Positions 29,964 through 41,456 are shown, counted from the first letter of the stretch. The stretch is DNA of 64,000 nt from Patescibacteria group bacterium (GCA_040388985.1 JAZKAU010000002.1:420114-484113); one strand, 5' to 3'. Made by a program: numbers and translations. The notes: a model not told the origin generated them from the sequence alone.

Positions 29964-30773
29964 ATGACGATACAGCAGTTTAGGACAATAGTCTGGAAAC
30001 ACTATAAAGCCCACGGCAGGCACAGCCTGCCGTGGCGTGCTACGACTGATCCGTATCGTATACTCCTCTCGGAAGTGATGCTCCAGCAGACGCAGGTGGA
30101 ACGAGTCATCCCGTACTATCGCTCCTGGATGAAGGTGTATCCGACGCCGAGACGACTCGCCGGCGCATCGCTCGCTGATGTCCTTACGCATTGGCAAGGA
30201 CTCGGCTATAACCGCCGCGCGAAGATGCTGCATGAGGCGGCGAAGGCAATCGTGCGCGACTACGACGGAAAGATGCCAAAGTCGGTCGAGGAGCTAGAGT
30301 CCCTTCCCGGCATAGGACCGTACACGGCGCGCGCCGTAGCAGCCTTCGCCCATAATCAGGACGTTATTTTCATAGAGACGAATATCCGCACGGCTATCAT
30401 CCATCACTTCTTCAGAGCGCGAAAGATAGTCGACGATACGGAAATACAGAAAATTCTCGAGAAGGCCTTCCCGAAGGGAAAATCGCGGGAATGGTATGCC
30501 GCTCTCATGGACTACGGCGCCTCTCTCAAGCGCTCGGGCATTCGTCTGAACGATAAGAGCAAAGGACATATGAGGCAGTCAGCCTTCAAGGGCTCAGGCA
30601 GGGAGGTCCGGGGCGCGATACTGCGGGAACTCGCGCGAGGCTCTGCCTCGCGCGCAAAGCTCCTTTCGATACTTGGGCCCGCGCGCAAAGAACAAGCCAC
30701 CGAACAGTTGGAGAAGCTGCACCGTGAAGGCATGATCTGCAAAGAGGGACGTTCATATTCTCTACCTGCCTGA
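29964..30773 (+). CDS. mutY: A/G-specific adenine glycosylase (short, without Fe-S cluster motif)
   Basis: LPWR, SEVMLQQTQV, WQGLGYNRRA, LPGIGPYTA. Confidence 0.88.
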   Translation: MTIQQFRTIVWKHYKAHGRHSLPWRATTDPYRILLSEVMLQQTQVERVIPYYRSWMKVYPTPRRLAGASLADVLTHWQGLGYNRRAKMLHEAAKAIVRDYDGKMPKSVEELESLPGIGPYTARAVAAFAHNQDVIFIETNIRTAIIHHFFRARKIVDDTEIQKILEKAFPKGKSREWYAALMDYGASLKRSGIRLNDKSKGHMRQSAFKGSGREVRGAILRELARGSASRAKLLSILGPARKEQATEQLEKLHREGMICKEGRSYSLPA

Positions 30774-30933
30774 TTTGCTACACTGTCTGCCTATGCCCGG
30801 TATGACAACTTCGGATATATTTCTTTCTGCGCGACTCGATGCTGATAGTAATTTCTTCATTGCTACACTAACGGGCGATTTAGCAACTGGACCGCGAGAA
30901 ATCAAGCGCGATCCGAAGTTGTCATAACCGGGT

Positions 30934-31521
30934 ATGCGCGGACGTGGAGCGGATCAGTACCCTTTATTCGATTTCGGACAGGCATATCCTAACGGCTTCA
31001 CGTATCACTCGGAATTCATAACGGCTTCGGAAGAGGCGGCGCTTATCGCTTGCATCCAGAAGCTGGAACTTACTCCTGCACCCTTTCGCGAATACACCGC
31101 CAAGCGGCGCATCATGAGTTTCGGCTGGACCTATGATCCGGATACGCTCGTTCCGGTGCCCGGAGAGTCGCTTCCGGACTTTTTGCTGCCGCTCGCACAT
31201 AAGGTAGGGAATCTTGTGGGTATTGCGGGCGAACGCGTCGTCGAAGCGCTTATTACCGAATACCGCCCCGGTACCGGCGTCGGCTGGCACCGGGATAACG
31301 AATCGTTCGATAAGATCATCGGCATCTCGCTTGCCGGCTGGTGCAGATTCGACATGCGTCCATGGAGTGCGCGCGATGACACGGAAATGATATCAGTCAC
31401 GGTCGAACCGCGCTCAGCCTATGTCATGCAGGACGAGAGCCGCTGGGACTACAAGCACCGCGTCGCACCTACCAAGGGTCTGCGATATTCCATAACCTTC
31501 CGCACCCTCGCATCTCGATAA
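30934..31521 (+). CDS. AlkB-family 2OG-Fe(II) dioxygenase
   Basis: GVGWHRD (HxD), KHRV, RYSITFR. Confidence 0.88.
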   Translation: MRGRGADQYPLFDFGQAYPNGFTYHSEFITASEEAALIACIQKLELTPAPFREYTAKRRIMSFGWTYDPDTLVPVPGESLPDFLLPLAHKVGNLVGIAGERVVEALITEYRPGTGVGWHRDNESFDKIIGISLAGWCRFDMRPWSARDDTEMISVTVEPRSAYVMQDESRWDYKHRVAPTKGLRYSITFRTLASR

Positions 31522-31585
31522 CCAGGAACAGCCGCGCGAAGCGCGGCTGTTCCTATATCTATCTATACACTCCCGACGAAGGAAA

Positions 31586-31709
31586 GAATCCTAGCGTAAA
31601 ATTCCCTAAGACGAGGCGCGGGAAAGCAATTTTTGAAAACGTACTGATCGTACGGTGGAAAAAATTGTAGGGGCCCGCAACGAAGTATTAGGGGATTTTA
31701 CGCGGATTC
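31586..31709 (-). repeat. Dispersed hairpin repeat family A, copy 4 (divergent, reverse)
   Basis: GCGTAAAATTCCCTAA/TTAGGGGATTTTACGC stem; GAGGCGCGGG, CGTACTGATCGTACGG, CCCGCAACGAAG. Confidence 0.8.
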
Positions 31710-31711
31710 GT

Positions 31712-33715
31712 TCACACCCCGATAAGTACAGGGATAACCATCGGTGCCTTGTTAGTGCAATTGAACAGATACCCCGCCATCACATCCGTCAGATTGTTCT
31801 TCACGTAGTCGAGATCGACCGGATTCATACCTTGCGTCGAATCTTCCACGGTCTTCTTGATCAGAAGGCGCGCCTGGTTGAGAAGTTCCTGGCTCTCACG
31901 CAGATAGATGAAGCCGCGAGAGATGATGTCGGGCGACTTGCGGAGCTTTCCGGTCTTGAGGTTCACCGTCGCGATGATGACGAACATGCCGTCCTTCGCG
32001 AGCATCTGGCGGTCTCGGATGACTACTTCCTGCATATCGCCGATAGCGAAGCCGTCGACGACGAGTGGCGCTGATGGCACCTTCTCCTTATGTATGTTGA
32101 GCGTCGTGCCGTCGACGACGTCGATGACGGTGCCGTTATCCGCGAGGATGATGCTGTCGCGCGCTCTGCCTGCCTGCTCGACCGCTTTGGCGTGCGAGAA
32201 GGTCATGGAGTAATAGCCATAGCCAGGCATGAAGAACTTGGCATTCACCTGCTGATTTATCCAGACGAGCTCGCCTGAGTTACCATGGCCGGTCGAGTGC
32301 ACGTCGCTCGTGCGGTAGTTGATGATGGTCGCGCCGTTGCGATAGAGATTGTCTTTCAGCTTCTGTACGCTCACCTCGTTGCCTGGAATGACGGAAGACG
32401 AGAGGACGACGGTATCGCGAGCGGTGAGCGCTATGAACTTATGTTGTTTGGTAGCGATGCGCATGAGCGCGGCGAATTCCTCGCCCTGAGCGCCGGTCGA
32501 GAGGATGACGATCTTATCCGGAGGATAGTCGCCGATTTCCTGCGCTGAGATGATCGTCTCCTTCTTTACCGTGAGAAGCCCGGTCTTCTGTGCGATCTCG
32601 AGGTTCGTGCGAATGGAGCGTCCCTCGGTAACGATCTTCTTGCCCATGCTCTCGGCTATCTGGATGATGCGGATCATGCGCTCGAACTGCGAGGCGAAGG
32701 TACCGATGATAAGGCGGCCGGAGACGGTGCGCACTATTTCCTCGAGCGTAGTGTTCACGCGGCTCTCAGGAATGGAGAAACCGTCGCGCTCAGCGTTCGT
32801 CGAGTCGGCGATGAAGAAAAGGTTATTGTCTTTGGCGAGTTCGCCCCATACCCGCTTCTCCTTCTCGGACGGGATGCCGTCCTCATGCTCGAGCTTCAGG
32901 TCGCCGGTCACGACGACGTTGCCGTAGGGAGTCTCGACTGAGACGCCCATAGAGTCCGGAATAGAGTGCGTGACCGGGAAGAACTTCACGGTGGTCGAGC
33001 CGATTGAACGACTCGTACCGGTCTCGACGACGATGATCTCTGGCCTCGGCATGTCGGGATACTCTTCCTGGCGCTTTGCGATCATCACCGCGGTCAGGTT
33101 CTGGGTGTAGATAGGCGGATTGCCGAAGCGATTCATCAGGAAGGGGATGCCGCCGATGTGGTCGAGGTGCCCGTGCGTGATGATAGCTGCGCGTACGCGA
33201 TCCTTATTGTGTTCGAGATACGCGGTATTCGGAAGCATATAGTCGACGCCCGGTGTTGTCTCTTCCGAGACGAACTGGAAGCCGACATCGAAGATGAAGA
33301 TATCGTTTCCGACCTCGAGCGCGACCATGTTGCGGCCGACTTCTTCGACACCGCCGAGCGGGACGATACGCACGACGTTCGGCGCTACTGGCTCTGGGAA
33401 ATAATCGGCTCCTCGCTTCTGTGCGGGTGCAGGGCCGCGACGACCGCCGCCTCCGCCGCGACGCGCGTCACGCATGCCGCGATTACCTCCGCCGCCTCGT
33501 GGAGGACGGTTTGAGGATGAGGATCCGCTGTTCGGGCGTCCTGCGCCTTGCTGGCCTTGAGGACGCGACGCGGGTCGCGCGGGACCGGCAGATGCTCCCG
33601 GTGCGCGACGCGGGCCTTGGGGCCTGCCACTGCTACGCGGATGTGGTCGGTCTGATATGGGTTGCTCTCTGCGCGGCGACTGCGGCGCGGGTGCTGGAGC
33701 GGGTGCTGGAGACAT
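31712..33715 (-). CDS. rnj: Ribonuclease J with disordered N-terminal extension
   Basis: PLGGVEEVGRNM, THGHLDHIGG, HSIPD, DSTNA, TGAQGE, VHSTGH. Confidence 0.95.
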   Translation of the reverse strand: MSPAPAPAPAPQSPRREQPISDRPHPRSSGRPQGPRRAPGASAGPARPASRPQGQQGAGRPNSGSSSSNRPPRGGGGNRGMRDARRGGGGGRRGPAPAQKRGADYFPEPVAPNVVRIVPLGGVEEVGRNMVALEVGNDIFIFDVGFQFVSEETTPGVDYMLPNTAYLEHNKDRVRAAIITHGHLDHIGGIPFLMNRFGNPPIYTQNLTAVMIAKRQEEYPDMPRPEIIVVETGTSRSIGSTTVKFFPVTHSIPDSMGVSVETPYGNVVVTGDLKLEHEDGIPSEKEKRVWGELAKDNNLFFIADSTNAERDGFSIPESRVNTTLEEIVRTVSGRLIIGTFASQFERMIRIIQIAESMGKKIVTEGRSIRTNLEIAQKTGLLTVKKETIISAQEIGDYPPDKIVILSTGAQGEEFAALMRIATKQHKFIALTARDTVVLSSSVIPGNEVSVQKLKDNLYRNGATIINYRTSDVHSTGHGNSGELVWINQQVNAKFFMPGYGYYSMTFSHAKAVEQAGRARDSIILADNGTVIDVVDGTTLNIHKEKVPSAPLVVDGFAIGDMQEVVIRDRQMLAKDGMFVIIATVNLKTGKLRKSPDIISRGFIYLRESQELLNQARLLIKKTVEDSTQGMNPVDLDYVKNNLTDVMAGYLFNCTNKAPMVIPVLIGV

Positions 33716-33890
33716 ATGCTAGATGCTAATTGGGAGATTAATAGACTGAACTAAGAATGCACGAATTGCGTGCGTACGAAAACGAGGACGAACGGTCAGG
33801 AACGGGAATACCCAGGAACACAGATGAGGGAAGGCTTATATCCTTTATACACTATCTTTTACGACTTGCCAGCTCCCACGTCGTGGATAA

Positions 33891-34000
33891 GCCCGCTGAA
33901 AAACTCGGTATCCAAGGCGCGGGAAGGAATTTCAGGGGAGCGCGACGCATCGGAGTACCCGAAGGGGTGCAACGCAGGAGAGCGAGGAATTTCAGCGGGC
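33891..34000 (-). repeat. Dispersed hairpin repeat family A, copy 5 (variant apex, reverse)
   Basis: GCCCGCTGAAA/TTTCAGCGGGC stem; GAAAAACTCGGTATCCAAGGCGC...CAACGCAGGAG resembles copy 8 with TGC/GCA changed to TCC/GGA. Confidence 0.7.
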
Positions 34001-35716
34001 GAACCATGGCCAGACGTGCTCCGTATACGTATACCAATGACTCACGTCCCAGAACCTGTCCGAAGGCGATCCGACGCGCGTGAGCGCGACTCCCGAAAGG
34101 GAAGAGGGCACAGAATACAGGAAATCAGGCGTATAGAGGAAGGCGGCCGGATAGTCGCTCGCGATGCGATCCTGTATCTGGTCAAGCGTTTCCAGCCGTC
34201 CCTGGCCGTCCGTTCCTGCGCGCACGCTCTCAAGAAGCGCATCCGTAGTCTTGTCAGCATAGCCGGTGATATTGAGTCCCGGATCTTTCTGCTCATTCGA
34301 GCTCCAGAAGGCGTAAAGGTCAGGATCGCTGCCGATGACTTCGCCGAAGAGGAGTGCGCCGTAGGCGCGCGGCCGGATGACCGTCTGCGTGAGCTCGTTC
34401 GGTTCATATAGCTTCAGCTCCGTCGGGATGCCGAGGGCCTGCCAGTCGCTCTGTACTGCCGCTGCTACTGATTTCAGTTCCGGCACGTTCGAAGTGGTAA
34501 GCGTGAGGTGTAATATCTCACCCTTCTTGCTCCATACGTTCTGGTCGGTATCGAATGTCCATCCCGCGCTCGTGAGTGTTTGCCGCGCTTCATCAAGCCT
34601 GGTCGCAGGATCCGGAAGCGGTACCGGATTCACGCCGCTGCCGCCTGGCAGCGGCCCCATGAGCGGCGTCGCGTAGTTGCCAAGGACATCTTTTACGAGC
34701 GCACTTCGATCGATGGCAAGCGAGAGCGCCTTGCGCACGCCTGCGTCCGTCAAGAGCGGTTCCTGCGTCTGGTTAAAGAAGACGCCGAAGATGCGGGAAT
34801 AGGGAACTGCGTGCGCATCCTTGCTTGCGATGCCGTACGCACTCGTAATGGTGCCTGATGCGAAGGCCTTCTTGAGCGATGCCTGGTCCGCGAAGAAGGA
34901 CATGGTGATATGCGCGAGATACGGCCGACCAGTCGCGAACGCTCCAAAGGCGGACAAGCGATAGCTGGTGATGACGCCGTTAGAAGCGCGCGTCACGGAA
35001 TCGACCTTGAACGGTCCTGCGCCGATAGGATTCGTGGCGTAGGGCGAGAACGGGAATTCCTCATTCGCGACATCACGCCACACATGCTGAGGCAATATGC
35101 CGAGCGTCGTGTCTTCAAGGAACGGAGCGTAGGCCTTCGGAAGGATGAAGCGCACCGTGCGTGCGTCTACCGTCTCGGCCCGTATGTTCGCCCAATTGGC
35201 GAGCAAAGGACTCTTAAGGCTCGGATCCTGCGCCTTCTCGACCGTATAGACTACGTCGTCTGCGGTCACGGGCGTGCCGTCCGAGAACGTCGCATTGGGC
35301 CGTAGCGCGAAGGTATAGGTAGTGCCGTCTTCGGAGACCGTATACGACTGCGCGAGCACGGGCACGAGCGCGCCGGCCCCGTCATGGCCCATGAGGCCTG
35401 CGTAGGTGAGCGCGACCAGATCCCGGTCAGTATCAGATATGGCCAAGAGAGGATTCACGAAGCGCGGAGCTCCTACTACTCCTTCCCTCAGCGTCCCGCC
35501 ATAAGCAGGCACGACGACCTGATGCGCTCTGGCAAGGGCGAAAAGGCCGACTAAGCTCGTCAGTATGACGAGCACGCCGAGAACCAGGGCTATGAACTGG
35601 TCGCCCGGCGAGAGTTGCCTGACGAATCCTCGTACTCCGGAAAAGACCGAATCTGCTCGCAGACTGAGCCTGCGACTCTCGTGCAACTGGGTAGAAGGGA
35701 AGGATGAAGGGGACAT
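33992..35716 (-). CDS. ABC transporter peptide/nickel substrate-binding protein (family 5)
   Basis: GGTLREG, LAQSY.VSEDG..YTF.LR...FSDG.PVTADDV, PIGAGPF. Confidence 0.9.
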   Translation of the reverse strand: MSPSSFPSTQLHESRRLSLRADSVFSGVRGFVRQLSPGDQFIALVLGVLVILTSLVGLFALARAHQVVVPAYGGTLREGVVGAPRFVNPLLAISDTDRDLVALTYAGLMGHDGAGALVPVLAQSYTVSEDGTTYTFALRPNATFSDGTPVTADDVVYTVEKAQDPSLKSPLLANWANIRAETVDARTVRFILPKAYAPFLEDTTLGILPQHVWRDVANEEFPFSPYATNPIGAGPFKVDSVTRASNGVITSYRLSAFGAFATGRPYLAHITMSFFADQASLKKAFASGTITSAYGIASKDAHAVPYSRIFGVFFNQTQEPLLTDAGVRKALSLAIDRSALVKDVLGNYATPLMGPLPGGSGVNPVPLPDPATRLDEARQTLTSAGWTFDTDQNVWSKKGEILHLTLTTSNVPELKSVAAAVQSDWQALGIPTELKLYEPNELTQTVIRPRAYGALLFGEVIGSDPDLYAFWSSNEQKDPGLNITGYADKTTDALLESVRAGTDGQGRLETLDQIQDRIASDYPAAFLYTPDFLYSVPSSLSGVALTRVGSPSDRFWDVSHWYTYTEHVWPWFAR

Positions 35717-35788
35717 GTGCCGTATGCCGTTGCGCTCCAGGAGCGCCCTATACAGATGCAGAACCCGCAGGCAGTACTGCCGTGCGGC

Positions 35789-36025
35789 CTATGGCGCGAG
35801 AACGAGGCTGGCGAGCGCGGCAATCACGAAAAGAATCGCGATCACGATAGTCGCTCGGAACAGGAACTTCTCCGCGCCTCGGCGCTTATAGAACGTCGAT
35901 GCGAAATTGTCGCCTCCGAAGGCTCCTCCGAGCGAAGCGCCGCGCTGCTGAAGCACGATGCCTAGTATAAGGAGGAGGGAGAGGACTATTTGAATGTAGG
36001 GCAGTGCTGCCGTGAGTTTCTCCAT
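35789..36025 (-). CDS. secG: Preprotein translocase subunit SecG
   Basis: LLILGIVLQQRGASLGGAFGG...RRGAEKFL..ATI. Confidence 0.9.
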   Translation of the reverse strand: MEKLTAALPYIQIVLSLLLILGIVLQQRGASLGGAFGGDNFASTFYKRRGAEKFLFRATIVIAILFVIAALASLVLAP

Positions 36026-36544
36026 CTGTAGGCGCCAGGATAGCACGGATGTGGAAAGAGAACAATGTAGTAATGCTAAACCCCCGAAGTCTGGGGACCT
36101 CAGGGGCGGATTGGGTATGCAGCGTGCTGCTGCCAGCTAACGGCCAGAACACATAGGACTGAGGCGCTCGACGAACTTCAATGAGCTCGGAGCGTGACTT
36201 GAGTCCAGCGTGTCGTGGCAAGTATAGTCGGCAGGGCAGCTGCACGTATATATTTGGGTGCATTTCTCATCGAATCGCACGCCTACGTCTGTCGAAGAGC
36301 GTTTCAGTATGGTGCGCTAGCGTACCTTTCAAATCCCACTGTGCAGCAAGCTGCAGATGGAGCGAGAATCTCGACCGGGAACTACGTTCCGAACCAAGAT
36401 GCTGGCAGATTCTCAAGATAACGCTTCCGCAAGACATACTGATAGCTCGTCAAGCACGATCGCGGGCACTCGCGTCACGGACTGCCTGGCTCCCTTCAAG
36501 TTTTACTCGCTTGAGTAGACGGGAAGCTATAGGCAATCGTTACG

Positions 36545-36721
36545 TCAGCTGAACTCGACTGGCGAAGGCAATTCGGAATGCTGCTCATGCGGAACCGTCT
36601 CGGAAAATCCGAGCAGGGCTCCCAGAGGGCTTCGAATCAAGCCTTCGAAGAAGAGGTCGCTGGCGTTCCGGACGTCAAAGCGGGTCTTCCGATGGAAAAA
36701 TGCGGGTAGAAAACGGCGCAT
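36545..36721 (-). CDS. Small hypothetical protein (58 aa)
   Basis: AGGAG SD before ATG at 36721 (MRRFLPAFF...). Confidence 0.4.
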   Translation of the reverse strand: MRRFLPAFFHRKTRFDVRNASDLFFEGLIRSPLGALLGFSETVPHEQHSELPSPVEFS

Positions 36722-37038
36722 GGCCTGTCTCCTGCCGCAGTCGTTTTGGGAATCACCCCGAATATCTGCGGCCCTATCCAAGGGCAATCCGCCAGCTTCA
36801 TCCGGGCGCGCAGGACAGGGAAGTCGAGCGGGAATGAAGGCAATGGATTGCCCTTGACGCATTGAACAATGGTCCGTCTATTACCATAACATCTTTCACA
36901 CTTGTGGTCAAAATCCTGTCAGCTGAATTAGCAGTCAAACAGCATGTATGGCTCCATTCACTCGATAGTAAACGAAAAGCCGCAGGAGAAGAGAATAAAT
37001 CCCTTGCCTGCGGCTTCGGTCGTCTTCCTGCTGGCAGT

Positions 37039-37284
37039 TCAGCCGAGCAGATTCTTGACCGTGATTCGGTCCTGAGTGCGGACGCATTCGTCGATCGCCT
37101 TGGCGTGCTCGGCGCGGATGAAAGCGCTCGAACTCGGCGTGAGGCCGGCGATGCTCTTCTCGCACTGCGCGACGGTCGCCATGTGCTGATTGGCCGACGC
37201 GTATCGCGTGCCGGGCTGGGCGAGCCCATTGCCGTTGGCGGAGACGAAAACCAGGAATCCGAGACCGAAAAGAGCGCGTTTCAT
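37039..37284 (-). CDS. Small secreted protein (ORFan) with a Cys pair
   Basis: Signal peptide MKRALFGLGFLVFVSA; TTGACA..TATTAT promoter at 37355-37328; downstream hairpin. Confidence 0.55.
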   Translation of the reverse strand: MKRALFGLGFLVFVSANGNGLAQPGTRYASANQHMATVAQCEKSIAGLTPSSSAFIRAEHAKAIDECVRTQDRITVKNLLG

Positions 37285-37456
37285 TGCGGGGTACCCCTTC
37301 TGAAGCTGATTAAACGTAACATACCTAATAATACAGAAATATGTGATTCTGTCAACTCTCTAGATTCGAGCAAGGGAATCGTCATATGGCGAACGAATAT
37401 AGTGAATCCGGGTAGCAGTTTCCGCAGAAGCAGCAGGTAGCTAGGATTTCTATGAC

Positions 37457-37493
37457 TTGAAGCGATTTTCTGGGCGAGCTATACTGTGGATAA
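37457..37493 (+). promoter_or_regulatory. groESL promoter with overlapping perfect DnaA-box sequence
   Basis: TTGAAG-17-TATACT; TGTGGATAA at 37485-37493. Confidence 0.55.
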
Positions 37494-37575
37494 CTTTTGC
37501 GGGAGGGAAGTCGCTCTCGCAAAAAGCAAAGGAATACGTGCGATCTTTATTCGTCTGTAAGAACGCTCATTTTCT

Positions 37576-37881
37576 ATGGCACTATCAAAAAACAAACTGT
37601 CAATATCTCCGCTCGGCGACCGCGTCGTAGTTAAGCCTGCTTCGGGCGACGAAGTGTCGGTCTCAGGCATCATCATCCCGGACACGGCCAGCCGAGAAAA
37701 GCCGGAACGCGGGACGGTCGTAGCAGTAGGTCCCGGCAAGTACGATGACGGCGCTCTCGTGCCCATGACCGTGAAGCCCGGCGATACCGTCCTCTTCTCC
37801 AAATATGGCTATGACGAGGTGAAGATCGACGGCCAGGAATACTTCATCCTTTCTGAGTCGAGCATCCTCGCGATCATTTAG
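37576..37881 (+). CDS. groES: Co-chaperonin GroES
   Basis: PLGDRVVV, SGIIIPDTA..EKP..G.VVAVGPG. Confidence 0.97.
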   Translation: MALSKNKLSISPLGDRVVVKPASGDEVSVSGIIIPDTASREKPERGTVVAVGPGKYDDGALVPMTVKPGDTVLFSKYGYDEVKIDGQEYFILSESSILAII

Positions 37882-39576
<1,695 letters not shown>

Positions 39577-39607
39577 ATAAGAGTTCGGGAATTCACTTCC
39601 CTGTTTT

Positions 39608-39644
39608 ATACAAGGGGTCGCACGAAGTGCGGCCCCTTGTATTT
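39608..39644 (+). terminator. Intrinsic terminator after groEL
   Basis: ATACAAGGGGTCGCAC-GAA-GTGCGGCCCCTTGTAT. Confidence 0.7.
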
Positions 39645-39672
39645 ACTTCGCGTTGTCCTACACTATACCTAT

Positions 39673-40233
39673 ATGACACCACTATATATCGTGATCGGCA
39701 TTCTCGTTCTTATCGTGCTCTACGTGATCGCAGCCTATAACGGTTTCGTCTCGAAGGTGAACCGTACCAAGGAAGCATGGGCCGATATCGACGTGCAGTT
39801 GAAGCGCCGCTATGACCTCATCCCGAACCTCGTCGAGACCGTGAAGGGCTACGCCGCGCACGAGAATGCGGCTTTCGAGAACGTCACGAAAGCCCGCAGT
39901 GAGGCTATGCAGGCAGGAACTCCGGCCGCAAAGGCTGACGCTGAGAATCAGCTCACCGGTACCCTCAAGACGCTGTTCGCGGTCGCTGAAGCCTATCCGG
40001 ACCTCAAGGCCAATCAGAACTTCCTGCAGCTCCAGCAAGAGCTCGGCAATACCGAAGACAAGATCCAGGCTGCTCGTCGCTTCTACAACGGCAACGTGCA
40101 GGAACTCACTACTTCCATGCAGTCATTCCCGGGCAATATCATCGCGAATTCCTTCCACTTCCAGAAGATGGACCTCTTCGAGCTTGCAGACAGCGATGCA
40201 GCTGCGCGCGAACCGGTGAAGGTCTCGTTCTAG
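39673..40233 (+). CDS. lemA: LemA family protein
   Basis: AWADIDVQLKRRYDLIPNLVETVKGYA, EAYPDLKANQNF. Confidence 0.95.
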   Translation: MTPLYIVIGILVLIVLYVIAAYNGFVSKVNRTKEAWADIDVQLKRRYDLIPNLVETVKGYAAHENAAFENVTKARSEAMQAGTPAAKADAENQLTGTLKTLFAVAEAYPDLKANQNFLQLQQELGNTEDKIQAARRFYNGNVQELTTSMQSFPGNIIANSFHFQKMDLFELADSDAAAREPVKVSF

Positions 40234-40244
40234 CCATTCGCTTC

Positions 40245-40556
40245 ATGTTCAAGGACGCGCAGAAGAAGCTCGACGACTGGGCGCAGACGCTTGAAGAGCC
40301 GTATTGGCCGCCCTTGTCAGAACTCGCTGCGCTTACGGAGGAAGTGGGCGAAGTCGCCCGCCTCCTGAACCACATGTACGGCAGCAAGCCTAAGAAAGTC
40401 GAAGAGGCGCAACAGGAACTGGGCGGCGAACTCATGGACGTCATCTTCGCGACCATGTGTATCGCAAACAGCCACGGCATCGATCTCGATCCGGAATTCG
40501 AGAAGATGATGGACAAATGCTACGGCAGGGATAAGGACCGCTTCGCGAAGAAATAG
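40245..40556 (+). CDS. MazG-like nucleotide pyrophosphohydrolase (YpjD-like)
   Basis: LTEEVGEVAR...ELMDVIFA..CIAN. Confidence 0.88.
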   Translation: MFKDAQKKLDDWAQTLEEPYWPPLSELAALTEEVGEVARLLNHMYGSKPKKVEEAQQELGGELMDVIFATMCIANSHGIDLDPEFEKMMDKCYGRDKDRFAKK

Positions 40557-40559
40557 TCT

Positions 40560-41456
40560 ATGGCAACCCTCTATCAAGAACGCTCACATAATGTCTGGCG
40601 GACGGCTTTGCTCATGGCTGTCTTCTTGGCGATAGTAGTCGCTATCGGCTACTTCGCGTCCTATTACTACCAGAGCCCCGTCATCCTCTACGTCGCGCTC
40701 CTGTTCGCGGTGTTCATGAATTTCTATAGCTACTGGTTCAGCGACCGTCAGGTGCTCCGAATGACGAACGCGCGCCCCGCTTCCCGCGAGGAGTTCTTCG
40801 ACTTCTATACCGTGACCGAGAACCTCTCCATCACGGCAGGCATTCAGATGCCCAAGCTCTATGTACTCGACGATCCCGCACCGAACGCCTTCGCGACCGG
40901 CCGCAATGAGAAACATGCCGTAGTAGCGGCGACTACGGGTCTTCTCTCCATGATGACCCGTCCGGAACTTGAAGGCGTCATCGCCCACGAGCTCTCGCAT
41001 GTGCGCAATCGCGATATCCTTCTCATGACCGTAGCAGTTGTCCTGGCCGGCTTCATCGCTATCATCGCCGACATCTTCCTGCGCATGTCGATGTGGGGCG
41101 GCGGGAGGCGTGACGATAATAATCAGGGCGGCGGCCTGCTGCTCGTGCTCGGCATAGTAGCGCTTGTCCTCGCGCCCATCGCCGCGCAACTCATCCAGCT
41201 CGCCATCTCCCGCAGGCGCGAGTTCCTTGCGGACGCCTCTGGCGCCTTGCTTACGCGCTACCCGGAGGGTCTGGCCTCGGCGCTTGAGAAGATCGAAGGA
41301 TTTGGCCGTCCGATGCAGAAGGTGAGTCACGCCACCGCGCACCTCTTTATCGGCGACCCGTACGGCGCCAAAGCCACCGGCTGGATCAACCGCCTTTTCT
41401 CTACCCATCCTCCGACCGCCGATCGCATCCGCGCGCTACTCGGTCGTTCTTCATAA
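40560..41456 (+). CDS. htpX: Zinc metalloprotease HtpX (M48)
   Basis: PNAFATG, HELSH, SRRREFLAD, STHPP. Confidence 0.95.
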   Translation: MATLYQERSHNVWRTALLMAVFLAIVVAIGYFASYYYQSPVILYVALLFAVFMNFYSYWFSDRQVLRMTNARPASREEFFDFYTVTENLSITAGIQMPKLYVLDDPAPNAFATGRNEKHAVVAATTGLLSMMTRPELEGVIAHELSHVRNRDILLMTVAVVLAGFIAIIADIFLRMSMWGGGRRDDNNQGGGLLLVLGIVALVLAPIAAQLIQLAISRRREFLADASGALLTRYPEGLASALEKIEGFGRPMQKVSHATAHLFIGDPYGAKATGWINRLFSTHPPTADRIRALLGRSS

